Part shown: in pieces, positions 47,869 to 56,636 of the stretch
Layout of the letters: every line of letters begins with the position of its first letter
Numbering within the stretch: position 1 is the stretch's first letter
IMG/VR virus record: IMGVR_UViG_3300032138_000008
Span: 1 to 64,000 of that record
DNA length: 64,000 nt
Reading direction: 5' to 3' (one strand)
Source: a virus
Taxonomy: Duplodnaviria; Caudoviricetes
Position numbers and translations under genes: made by a program
Notes under the pieces: model-generated
The model's input: only the letters and a program-made list of their open reading frames with translations
The model's database searches: none
What the model was told of the DNA's origin: nothing

Positions 47869-50800
47869 ATGTCAGTGAAAAACTTTAAATTTGTCTCCCC
47901 CGGTGTGTTCATTAATGAAATTGATAACTCTTTCATTCCTAAAACCGCCCAAGCTATCGGCCCCGTCGTAATTGGTCGCGCAGGCCGCGGTCTCGCGATG
48001 CAGCCCGTCCAAGTCTCATCTTATGCAGACTTTGTTGAAATGTTTGGAGACACCGTCCCCGGCCGAGCCGGCGGCGATATCTACCGCAACGGTAACTACC
48101 AATCTCCAATGTACGGAACGTATGCAGCTAAAGCATTCTTGAATGCAAACGTTGCTCCTCTTACATACGTGCGCCTGTTGGGACAACAAACAGCCGTTGG
48201 AAACGCTGCAGGCGGCGCAGCCGCTGCTGGGTGGAAGACCACGAACAACATGGGCAACCTCGGTAAAACGAGCGCCACGAATCGCGGCGGAGGCACTACG
48301 GCCGCGGCCGGCGGTGCTTTTGGTCTTTTCGTTTTCCCGTCCGGAAGTGGAGCACATCTCGTGGATCCCGCAGCCCATATCGCCAATCCTGGTCAATGTG
48401 GTGGCATCTCTGGTCGCCAACCCGGCGCCGGCGTCTTAGCCGCTATTTTCTATATGAACAGTGGGTCTCTGGTTCTTTCCGGAGCCGTCCGCGGAGCCGA
48501 AGGAATGGTATCTTCTGGTAGCACGATGTGCATCGGAATGGATTCGAGCAATCTCTTCACGGCGGTATACACCGATTCGAGCTTGGTCGAACACAAGGTA
48601 AAATTTGGTTTTGATGACGATTCTGAAACGTTCATTAGAAAGCGGTTTAATACCAATCCTCAGCTTTTAAACGCGTCTGGAACATTTTATCCCCTCCAAG
48701 ATCATGTATTCTTGGGAGAGTCTTTTGAGAACACCCTTCGGAGTTATGTGGTATCGGGCTCTTCCCTCATTGGGCAGAACATGCAAGGCGCCATCTACGG
48801 AATCGCCTTGAGTGGCAGTGATTCTTTGTCCACCTCCCCCGCGAACATGAAATCACAAGCCTCGCGCGAAGCTGTCGCAGGATGGTTTATTGGTCAGGAC
48901 TTGAGCGGCGACCCCGCCACATACAAGCCTGCCCAGCAACAAAAGCTTTTCCGTCTTAAAGGACGAGGACATGGCGAATGGCTTAACAAGAACGCCAAGG
49001 TGTCCATTGAGAAAGTAAAGATCTCTACGAGTACAACTACCCAATACGGAACGTTCTCTGTGGTCATCCGCTCTCTTCTCGATACCGACAACAATGTGGT
49101 GATCTTAGAGCGTTTTGATAACTGCACTCTTGACCCCACTTCCCCTAATTATGTGGCACGTATTATTGGCGACAAGTATTATTCTTGGGACCAAAACGAG
49201 CGCCGCCTTAAGGAATATGGAGAATATCCTAACGAATCCAAATTTGTATACGTTGAGATGAACGAAGACGTCGATGCCGGCGCCTCCGATCCCCTTCTCC
49301 TCCCCTTCGGCTATTTCGGACCCCCCAACTTTGAGCCTATCGTATCCGGTTCAGGCAATGGCTCTAGCGCGCCGACTGCTAGATTTGTAATTGGATCGGG
49401 CTCTATTAGTAATGCACCGAGTATTTGCTGGACGACGCTGGGAGCAGGCGCCTCTTCGGCTACCAACGTTGGAGCTTTCTTAACTAGTGCCAATGTGCCG
49501 GCCGCGAGTGGTCTTGCCGGTTTGACTGCATCTCTGTTCTTCCCGGTCGACCGCTTACGCATCTCTGCATCCGCCGGCGGGCTTACTAACCCCACTGACG
49601 CTTACTTTGGATTCTCCGTCACTCGGACTTCCGGAAGTACCCGCCCCGACCCCAGCGTTGCCGATTGGCATAGACTGCTTTACAGTGGCTTCCCAGATGA
49701 TCCTGTCTCCGGGCAAAACCCGGCCAAGCGCGCCGCCACTGGCGTGGACGCATGGTCTTATGTCTTCTCTTTGGATGATGTTCGAATCGGTGTCAACGGA
49801 GACTTCTATTATCAGTCAGGCTCCCGTGCTGCATCTCTTTCGGTCTCAACTGCCTCTTACGAGAACCTGCTGGCACAGCAATACAACCGCTTCACGGCTC
49901 CATTCTGGGGTGGCTTTGATGGATTTAATATCCAAAAGCCCGATCCCCTCTATAATGCAGGCATGAGCGCCGGCAACACTGAAGACAACAGTTACATCTA
50001 TCACACTTATGCACAAGCAATTGATAGTGTGGCAGACCCCGAGTTTATTGATATGAACTTGCTGTCGAGTCCAGGACTTACCAATACGTCTCTGACGGGT
50101 CGTATGATTGATGTTTGTGAAGACCGTGCTGACTCGCTGGCCCTCATTGACCTCCCGGATGTCTATATTCCTTCTGCCGAGGCTTATTACAACACCAAGG
50201 CTCAACGAATTGCAACGACGCCTCAATCTGCAGCTACTGCATTGAGAAATCGCCGCATTGACTCCAGCTACGGTTGCACCTTCTATCCTTGGGTCCAAAC
50301 CCGGGATGCAGGCACAGGTCGTCTCCTTTGGATTCCGCCTACAGTTGCTATGCTCGGCGTGCTCGCTAGTTCACAGAAGTCATCCGAACTCTGGTTTGCC
50401 CCTGCAGGATTTAACCGCGGCGGACTGAGCGACGGCGCTGCTGGTATTCCCATCACGGCTGTCACAGAAAGATTAACCTCTAAGAATCGCGACACTCTTT
50501 ATGATGCGCGCATTAACCCAATTGCCACCTTCCCCTCAAGCGGAATTGTGGTCTTTGGACAAAAGACCCTGCAAGAACGCCAATCGGCCCTTGACAGGAT
50601 TAACGTGAGAAGGCTTGTCATCTACTTGAAGAAGCAGATTTCCATCCTTTCCACACAAGTTCTTTTCGAACAAAATGTTCAAGCTACTTGGAATCGTTTC
50701 AAGTCTCTTATCGAGCCACTTCTGGCTAACACCAAGGCAAACTTCGGTATCACCGATTACAGGTTAATCTTGGACGAGACCACCACGACTCCAGACCTGA

Positions 50801-50910
50801 TTGACCAAAACATTTTGTATGCTAAGATTATGGTGAAGCCTGCAAGAGCTATCGAATACATTGCTATCGACTTTGTGATTGCCTCGACCGGTGCTTCATT
50901 CGACGATTAA
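47869..50910 (+). CDS. gp18: Tail sheath protein (T4 gp18-like, 1013 aa)
   Basis: FVSPGVFINEID; WFAPAGFNRG, INPIATFP, VFGQKTLQ, DRINVRRL, KPARAIEYIAIDF. Confidence 0.93.
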   Translation: MSVKNFKFVSPGVFINEIDNSFIPKTAQAIGPVVIGRAGRGLAMQPVQVSSYADFVEMFGDTVPGRAGGDIYRNGNYQSPMYGTYAAKAFLNANVAPLTYVRLLGQQTAVGNAAGGAAAAGWKTTNNMGNLGKTSATNRGGGTTAAAGGAFGLFVFPSGSGAHLVDPAAHIANPGQCGGISGRQPGAGVLAAIFYMNSGSLVLSGAVRGAEGMVSSGSTMCIGMDSSNLFTAVYTDSSLVEHKVKFGFDDDSETFIRKRFNTNPQLLNASGTFYPLQDHVFLGESFENTLRSYVVSGSSLIGQNMQGAIYGIALSGSDSLSTSPANMKSQASREAVAGWFIGQDLSGDPATYKPAQQQKLFRLKGRGHGEWLNKNAKVSIEKVKISTSTTTQYGTFSVVIRSLLDTDNNVVILERFDNCTLDPTSPNYVARIIGDKYYSWDQNERRLKEYGEYPNESKFVYVEMNEDVDAGASDPLLLPFGYFGPPNFEPIVSGSGNGSSAPTARFVIGSGSISNAPSICWTTLGAGASSATNVGAFLTSANVPAASGLAGLTASLFFPVDRLRISASAGGLTNPTDAYFGFSVTRTSGSTRPDPSVADWHRLLYSGFPDDPVSGQNPAKRAATGVDAWSYVFSLDDVRIGVNGDFYYQSGSRAASLSVSTASYENLLAQQYNRFTAPFWGGFDGFNIQKPDPLYNAGMSAGNTEDNSYIYHTYAQAIDSVADPEFIDMNLLSSPGLTNTSLTGRMIDVCEDRADSLALIDLPDVYIPSAEAYYNTKAQRIATTPQSAATALRNRRIDSSYGCTFYPWVQTRDAGTGRLLWIPPTVAMLGVLASSQKSSELWFAPAGFNRGGLSDGAAGIPITAVTERLTSKNRDTLYDARINPIATFPSSGIVVFGQKTLQERQSALDRINVRRLVIYLKKQISILSTQVLFEQNVQATWNRFKSLIEPLLANTKANFGITDYRLILDETTTTPDLIDQNILYAKIMVKPARAIEYIAIDFVIASTGASFDD

Positions 50911-50938
50911 AAGAGATGAAAGAAATTTCCCCTCACAT

Positions 50939-50946
50939 ACTATATA
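50939..50946 (+). promoter_or_regulatory. ACTATATA, variant of the candidate late promoter for tube
   Basis: One mismatch to ACTATTTA; 33 nt before ATG 50972. Confidence 0.45.
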
Positions 50947-50971
50947 AAATTAGAAACAGGAGTTCCAACTA

Positions 50972-51559
50972 ATGCCATTCTGGTCAACAAATTTCGGTCA
51001 AGATACCACCCTTAAAGATCCTAAAAGAAAATTTAGGTTCACGGTAGAGTTTCAGGGTATTCAATCTGCCCAAGGAGGCGCCACATTGTGGTACGCCAAA
51101 ACGGTAAGCAAGCCGTCATTCCAGATTGCAGCTACAGAACACAAGTATTTGAACCATACTTTCTACTATCCTGGTTCCGTAGCGTGGCAGGATGTCACCC
51201 TCGCTTTGGTGGATCCCGTCAACCCCGATATAGCTGCTACACTGTCTGACATTGTTGTACAGTCCGGCTATACGCCGCCAACAGATTCTAATTCATTGAC
51301 CACTATGTCAAAGGCCAAGGCCGCTGGCGCACTTGGAACCGTCATTATTACTCAAATCGATTCCGAAGGCAACCCCTTAGAAACGTGGACCTTGTGGAAC
51401 TCATTTATTACCGATCTTAAGTACGGCGATCTTGCATATGGCGAAGACGAACTTACTCAATTAGATCTTACTCTGAAGTATGACTGGGCCCGAGTTGAGA
51501 CCGCTGGTCCTTCCGTTGCAGTGGCTGGAAACGGCGGCAACGAATTCTTCAACATCTAG
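50972..51559 (+). CDS. gp19: Tail tube protein (T4 gp19-like)
   Basis: DPKRKFRF, YYPGSVAWQDVTL, LETWTLWNSF, LTLKYDWA; follows sheath. Confidence 0.85.
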   Translation: MPFWSTNFGQDTTLKDPKRKFRFTVEFQGIQSAQGGATLWYAKTVSKPSFQIAATEHKYLNHTFYYPGSVAWQDVTLALVDPVNPDIAATLSDIVVQSGYTPPTDSNSLTTMSKAKAAGALGTVIITQIDSEGNPLETWTLWNSFITDLKYGDLAYGEDELTQLDLTLKYDWARVETAGPSVAVAGNGGNEFFNI

Positions 51560-51603
51560 AATTACATATAATATAACGACAACTAAATTACGAGAGGTGT
51601 ATA

Positions 51604-52467
51604 TTGTCACGAAATAAAAACCGCGTGGGCGGACCTACCGCAGAACCAGCCGCAGGACCCCCACCCACTGTACTCCAAGAGGGGACTACTTCCAACACAT
51701 TTTCCTTTGTGGTGCCTACTGAGTTTGTAGAGCTACCATCACAGGGTAATTTTTATACTGAAGAGCACCCTCTATGTGGGCAAGAAAGTATTGAAATCAA
51801 GCAAATGACTGCTAAAGAGGAAGATATGCTCACCTCCACCACCTTGTTGAGAAAAGGGGTTGCGCTCGACCGTGTCATTCGCAGCTTGATTGTGGATAAA
51901 CGCATTAATCCTGACACATTGCTGGTGGGAGATCGAAATGCTATTATCCTTTCGGCCCGCGTTTCCGGATATGGGAGCGATTACAACACCAAAGTGACGT
52001 GTCCCTCATGCACTGTCACCAGCGAATACAGCTTTGACCTAAATGACGCCAGTGTATATACTGGGACAGATCTTACCGAACAAGAATTAGTGGACAACCA
52101 GGACGGAACATTCGACACTATTCTACCTAAAACTCAGATTACAGTTACCTTTAAATTGCTTACGGGAAATGATGAAAAGAACCTAACTAGCGCTGCGCAA
52201 GCGGACCGTAAGAAAAGCAATTATGAGAAAAATGTGACGCGCCAATTGAGCAACCTTGTTGTGGCTGTCAATGGAGATGATTCGGCACAAGCGATTCAAT
52301 ATCTTATTGACAACATTCCTTCAATTGACTCTCGCCACATTCGCACCATTTACCGCCGCGCCGCGCCAAACATCGATCTCACTCAGCGATATGCTTGTAC
52401 AGAGTGTGACTATGCCGCGGACATGGAGGTTCCGCTTTCCGCGGACTTTTTTTGGCCTGACCGATGA
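51604..52467 (+). CDS. Baseplate-hub/tail assembly chaperone (T4 gp26/gp51-like)
   Basis: VELPSQG, IKQMTAKEED, LLVGDRNAI, two CxxC pairs, ends DFFWPDR; TTG start with GAGG upstream. Confidence 0.7.
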   Translation: MSRNKNRVGGPTAEPAAGPPPTVLQEGTTSNTFSFVVPTEFVELPSQGNFYTEEHPLCGQESIEIKQMTAKEEDMLTSTTLLRKGVALDRVIRSLIVDKRINPDTLLVGDRNAIILSARVSGYGSDYNTKVTCPSCTVTSEYSFDLNDASVYTGTDLTEQELVDNQDGTFDTILPKTQITVTFKLLTGNDEKNLTSAAQADRKKSNYEKNVTRQLSNLVVAVNGDDSAQAIQYLIDNIPSIDSRHIRTIYRRAAPNIDLTQRYACTECDYAADMEVPLSADFFWPDR

Positions 52468-52720
52468 TTACATGGAAATGGTTTATGAACAGTTCTTCTT
52501 CCTAAAATATTGGGGAGGATGGTCCTTTTCCGAAGCCTACAATCTTCCGGTAGGGCTGCGGCGATGGTTTGTTGAACGACTGATCAAACAATTAGATGAC
52601 GAAAAGCAGGCGCATGAAGACGCAGCACGGGGCGGAGGCGGCAAGAGCCAAACTCTCAGCGCTCAAAACCAGCCTTCACCGCCCCCACATTTAATGCAGA
52701 TGGGCGACCGCAACAAATGA
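52442..52720 (+). CDS. Overlapping +1-frame ORF, probable frameshift extension of the tail chaperone
   Basis: Frame open across the T7 run (52447-52453); YEQFFFLKYWGGWSFSEAYNLPVGLRRWF; no SD before in-frame ATG; directly upstream of tape measure. Confidence 0.65.
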   Translation, partial: RTFFGLTDDYMEMVYEQFFFLKYWGGWSFSEAYNLPVGLRRWFVERLIKQLDDEKQAHEDAARGGGGKSQTLSAQNQPSPPPHLMQMGDRNK

Positions 52721-52744
52721 TAGTTCTGTCTTTTTGATCAATAA

Positions 52745-52753
52745 ACTATTTAT
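52745..52753 (+). promoter_or_regulatory. ACTATTTAT motif, candidate late promoter
   Basis: Intergenic, 51 nt before GTG 52796. Confidence 0.6.
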
Positions 52754-52795
52754 TTTAGACGATTTATATCCTCCTAATTTAAAGAGAACTTTATA

Positions 52796-55045
52796 GTGTC
52801 AGATCCTACTCCCGAAGAACTAGCTGAGATTAATAGACTGCGCGAGGAAGAGCTTCAACTCCTTGAACAGCGCGCGACAGCCCTTAAAGAAGAACTTCAG
52901 TTACTAAGGGACGCTCACGCTACCGAGACTGGTAGATATAATCAAGCTCAGAATCTTGCCGAACAACAACGGCTCAGTGTCGAGCTTGCCAGAGCGGACG
53001 TTGAGTTTCTAGAACGAAAAAAGAAACTCAACGGGAGCATCACCGCAGAAGAACAAAGGCGCCTTGACACTGCAAAAGAAACCACCAAAGAATTCGAAAA
53101 GCAGCAAGACCTCTTAAAGAAAGCACGCGATATCGGCAAAGATATGGCATCAGCCATGGCCCTCTACGGTCGCCATAGCGCTATTAACACTGCTAATCTG
53201 GTGAAGCTAGGAAAAGGACTCCAGGCGCCCATTGAGTTTTTAAAGGGGCTGTCTGCTGGTGCGTTCACCAGCATTATCGACACTATCATTAACCTTGGAT
53301 TCCAAGTTGATAAGATGGAATCGGACTTTATGAAAGCTACTGGTGCATCTAAAGCCATGGCTGGCGAAGTCACTAGTCTCTATGAGTCCACCCGCCAGTT
53401 TGGTGTTGAAACAGGTGAAGCAGCCGCCGCAACTGAAGCTTTAATGACGTCTTTCACTGACTTCACAATGCTCTCGCAGTCGACCCGTGCAGAGGTACTT
53501 CAAACTACCGCAATTTTAGGAGAATTTGGAGTTGCGTCTGGCGATGTGGCAAAGGGAATGCAGATTTCCACGAAGGCTTTTGGACTATCAGCCCAAGGCG
53601 CTGCACGCACATCCCGCGAAATCACAGCCCTGGCTCAAGATTTGGGAGTGCCTGTCAAGCAACTACATGGTGATTTTGCGAGCGTTGGTGGAGAGTTGGC
53701 GAAGATGGGCAATAACGGTACGCAAGCCTTTAAAGATTTAGCAATGCGAGCCAAGGCAACTGGTCTAGAAATAGGTAAGTTGCTTCATATGACCTCTAAG
53801 TTCGATACATTCGAAGGCGCCGCAGAACAGGCCGGAAAGCTTAATGCTGCTCTCGGGGGAAACATGGTAAATGCCATGGATCTCTTGACCGAAACGGATC
53901 CTGCGGCTCGTTTTGATATGATTCGCGATGCTATCCTAGACACTGGATTGTCCTTTGACGACATGTCTTATTATCAACGTAAGTTTTATGCTGATGCCGC
54001 AGGCTTAGAAAATGTAAGCGATTTAGCGGGGATGCTCTCAGGTGACTATGACGGTCTTACCGGCGATATTGGGAAGACTTCAGCGGAAATTGCAGATCAG
54101 AAAAAACAAGCCGCGGCAATGCAAGACGCAATGACAGAGCTTAAAAACGCACTATTGCCTCTGATTCCCATCTTTACCGAATTGGCACAGTGGATCAGTT
54201 CGATGGCCCAAGCGATCCAAAATAACATATCATGGATAAAACCCTTAGTTAAGTGGTCTGCCATTCTCGGTGGCGGTCTTAAGGTTCTGTCGGTGGCCTG
54301 GGGGGGACTCAACCTTGTTCTGGGTACTTTTGGATTGCGCTCTAAAACAGCCGCAACAGGCGCCCGCGCAGTCGGCAAAGGAATTGGCTCCGCCGGCACC
54401 GCGGCTGCCCCGGCAATTCCGGTTCTGCTATCATTCGGCGCCACAGTGGCAATGATCGGCGCCGGAATTGGTGTTGCCGCGGCCGGAATAGGAAAAATGG
54501 CAGAGGGCATGAGTGAGTTGTTTGTGGTAATGGACTGGAAGCAGACCAAGCAGTTTATAGCACTCCTCGGATCAATCGGTTTATTTGGGTTCTCAGGCGC
54601 GGGAATCGCGGCAGGGGTAGGTTTTGCAGCAATGGGTGCGGGATTTGCGGGTATGGCGCTCGGGCTGTGGCTCATCAGCGAAAAGAAACTCGCATCGATT
54701 GCCACCTTTACTGAGTCTCTAGCTTCGGTTGAGGCGGGACAACTGGGCGAAGTCGCCGACACAATTGAACGCATTGCGGATGCTATGGATCACATGCCAT
54801 CCTTTGCCATGTTGGGACTAGGCTCGGTTATGACTTCTGCGGCAACGGCGGCAACGGCGCTCGCCGCAATGAACCGCACTGGTACTGCTGCCGCCCGGGC
54901 CCCATGGGCCCCTGGTGCTGCGCAAGGATCTTCTACAACTTCGAAAGATAAATATGAAGTTGAGATAAAGGTTAATAACGATATTTTTGAAACCAAGGTA
55001 CTTAATATTGTAGACGGCAAGCTCACAGAGTTGGGACTCCTATAG
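52796..55045 (+). CDS. Tape measure protein (749 aa)
   Basis: Ala/Gly-rich helical protein with hydrophobic stretches near the C-terminus; position after tube and chaperone. Confidence 0.75.
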   Translation: MSDPTPEELAEINRLREEELQLLEQRATALKEELQLLRDAHATETGRYNQAQNLAEQQRLSVELARADVEFLERKKKLNGSITAEEQRRLDTAKETTKEFEKQQDLLKKARDIGKDMASAMALYGRHSAINTANLVKLGKGLQAPIEFLKGLSAGAFTSIIDTIINLGFQVDKMESDFMKATGASKAMAGEVTSLYESTRQFGVETGEAAAATEALMTSFTDFTMLSQSTRAEVLQTTAILGEFGVASGDVAKGMQISTKAFGLSAQGAARTSREITALAQDLGVPVKQLHGDFASVGGELAKMGNNGTQAFKDLAMRAKATGLEIGKLLHMTSKFDTFEGAAEQAGKLNAALGGNMVNAMDLLTETDPAARFDMIRDAILDTGLSFDDMSYYQRKFYADAAGLENVSDLAGMLSGDYDGLTGDIGKTSAEIADQKKQAAAMQDAMTELKNALLPLIPIFTELAQWISSMAQAIQNNISWIKPLVKWSAILGGGLKVLSVAWGGLNLVLGTFGLRSKTAATGARAVGKGIGSAGTAAAPAIPVLLSFGATVAMIGAGIGVAAAGIGKMAEGMSELFVVMDWKQTKQFIALLGSIGLFGFSGAGIAAGVGFAAMGAGFAGMALGLWLISEKKLASIATFTESLASVEAGQLGEVADTIERIADAMDHMPSFAMLGLGSVMTSAATAATALAAMNRTGTAAARAPWAPGAAQGSSTTSKDKYEVEIKVNNDIFETKVLNIVDGKLTELGLL

Positions 55046-55062
55046 AGGACTAAAATATATTT

Positions 55063-56286
55063 ATGGCAAATGGAAACGACAAATTTGATATTAATAAACT
55101 AGCGGCCGCAGACTTGCCGTTTTATATTGATGGCACCGACGCATTAGCTAACACTAAAAAACAAATTATTACGTTTTATCACGTTAACTCGGATCATTTT
55201 GTAGCCTTCAAAGCCTTTATAACTGCTTATAATGAAACTTACAATAGTGACTGGGCATCGGAAAAGGTATACGGCCGCGCGGATCCCATCTATATGTTCA
55301 AGAACACTACTCGCAAAATAACTTTAGCTTTTAAGGTCCCGGCAGCCACTGTCGACGAGGCTTATCAAAATCTTGCTAAGATTCAAAAGCTTCTTCAATA
55401 TTTATACCCCAACTATACGGGATTACGCCCCCGCGCCTATAATCCTGCTACAAAGGCTTTCGAAGAATCGCGCGACAAAGAGGGAAACCCTTTAGCGGCG
55501 CATGCCAATACCATCTCCGGCGCACCCTTGGTCCGGCTAGGGGTGATGAACCTTGCGCGCCGGCGCGATGCGGCAGATGTCGACAAGTTTGTGGGTGTTA
55601 ACGAGATAATGAAGAAGATATTGAAACCTTCAGAATGGGGAGATATGAAAAAAGTACAGTCAGCCCAGAATAAAGCCAAAGCAATTGTTAAGTCGATGGG
55701 CAGTATCGAAGACAGCACTGCTGATGCAACTAGTGGGCTTCTGGGCGTGATTGAAAACGTTAATATTAATCATAACATTGAAGGAGACGATGGAGTCTTT
55801 GAGGGAAATATGGGAGGAGCGATTCTTCCTAAGATGATCGAGGTTGCTGTAGATTTTAGCCCAATTCACGAACAACATCTCGGCTGGTTTGATGACGGAA
55901 CCTTTGGTAATATGGCTTTTCCTTATGGAGCGGTAGATGATATGGCGTATTATACTGTTCCGCCCAACGTTGATCCTACCAACAACCAAGCTGCAGCCAG
56001 CACCAACAAATCTCCGGACGCGGCTGAGGAAATGCCCACTGGCACGAAAGATGCCACTAAATTGAATCAAACACTTCATGGTGAAAACCAGACATCCGAA
56101 CAAACTCAAGCGCTCTTAGAGGCCGAAATCGAAGCTGATGTGATCACCACGGGAAATAATAGCCCTGAAATGTCCTCCGGACAAACTGAGGACTCTGTCT
56201 TCTATCAGAATGAACAAAAACAGTACCAAGAAGACCTAGACGATTTAGACCGGAAAGATTGGCGCATTCTATTCTGGCGGAGCTAA
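55063..56286 (+). CDS. Tail tube initiator/baseplate hub protein (gp48/gp54-like)
   Basis: FKAFITAYNETYNSDW...YGRADPIYMFKNTTRKITLAF; follows tape measure. Confidence 0.6.
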   Translation: MANGNDKFDINKLAAADLPFYIDGTDALANTKKQIITFYHVNSDHFVAFKAFITAYNETYNSDWASEKVYGRADPIYMFKNTTRKITLAFKVPAATVDEAYQNLAKIQKLLQYLYPNYTGLRPRAYNPATKAFEESRDKEGNPLAAHANTISGAPLVRLGVMNLARRRDAADVDKFVGVNEIMKKILKPSEWGDMKKVQSAQNKAKAIVKSMGSIEDSTADATSGLLGVIENVNINHNIEGDDGVFEGNMGGAILPKMIEVAVDFSPIHEQHLGWFDDGTFGNMAFPYGAVDDMAYYTVPPNVDPTNNQAAASTNKSPDAAEEMPTGTKDATKLNQTLHGENQTSEQTQALLEAEIEADVITTGNNSPEMSSGQTEDSVFYQNEQKQYQEDLDDLDRKDWRILFWRS

Positions 56287-56295
56287 TAAACTTTA

Positions 56296-56634
56296 ATGGC
56301 AACACGATATTCTACTACCCGAGTTTTAACAAACGCTAGCGATTATTACGCACCCTTGCGTAAAAAGCGCGGAGACAAGCGAATTCGTCAATATGAGACT
56401 CCCAAGCTCCACCAGCCTTCGACAGCCGAGATGAGAGCCATCGCGTCCACAACTCATATATGGAAAAGCACAGATCGGCTTTCCAATCTTGCCCATAAAC
56501 ATTATGGAGATGTAAGATATTGGTGGGTAATCGCGTGGTACAACGGATATCCCACCGAAGCCCATTTATTTGCGGGAGCTTCCTTGTTTATCCCCATCAG
56601 TTTAGATAGCGCCTTAAATGCGCTGAGGGTGTAA
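56296..56634 (+). CDS. LysM/gp53-like baseplate wedge protein
   Basis: DRLSNLAHKHYGDVRYWWVIAWYN. Confidence 0.75.
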   Translation: MATRYSTTRVLTNASDYYAPLRKKRGDKRIRQYETPKLHQPSTAEMRAIASTTHIWKSTDRLSNLAHKHYGDVRYWWVIAWYNGYPTEAHLFAGASLFIPISLDSALNALRV

Positions 56635-56636
56635 TT

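Noticed and set aside
52256-52441. ORF-track start for the 154-aa protein at 52256
   Set aside because: Lies deep inside the chaperone gene with no SD; plausible protein sequence begins only at the T7 run
54097-54774. 225-aa minus-strand ORF and the many other short antisense or alternative-frame ORFs in the track
   Set aside because: Shadows of Ala/Gly-rich + strand genes; no SD, no motifs; the + strand is already fully occupied
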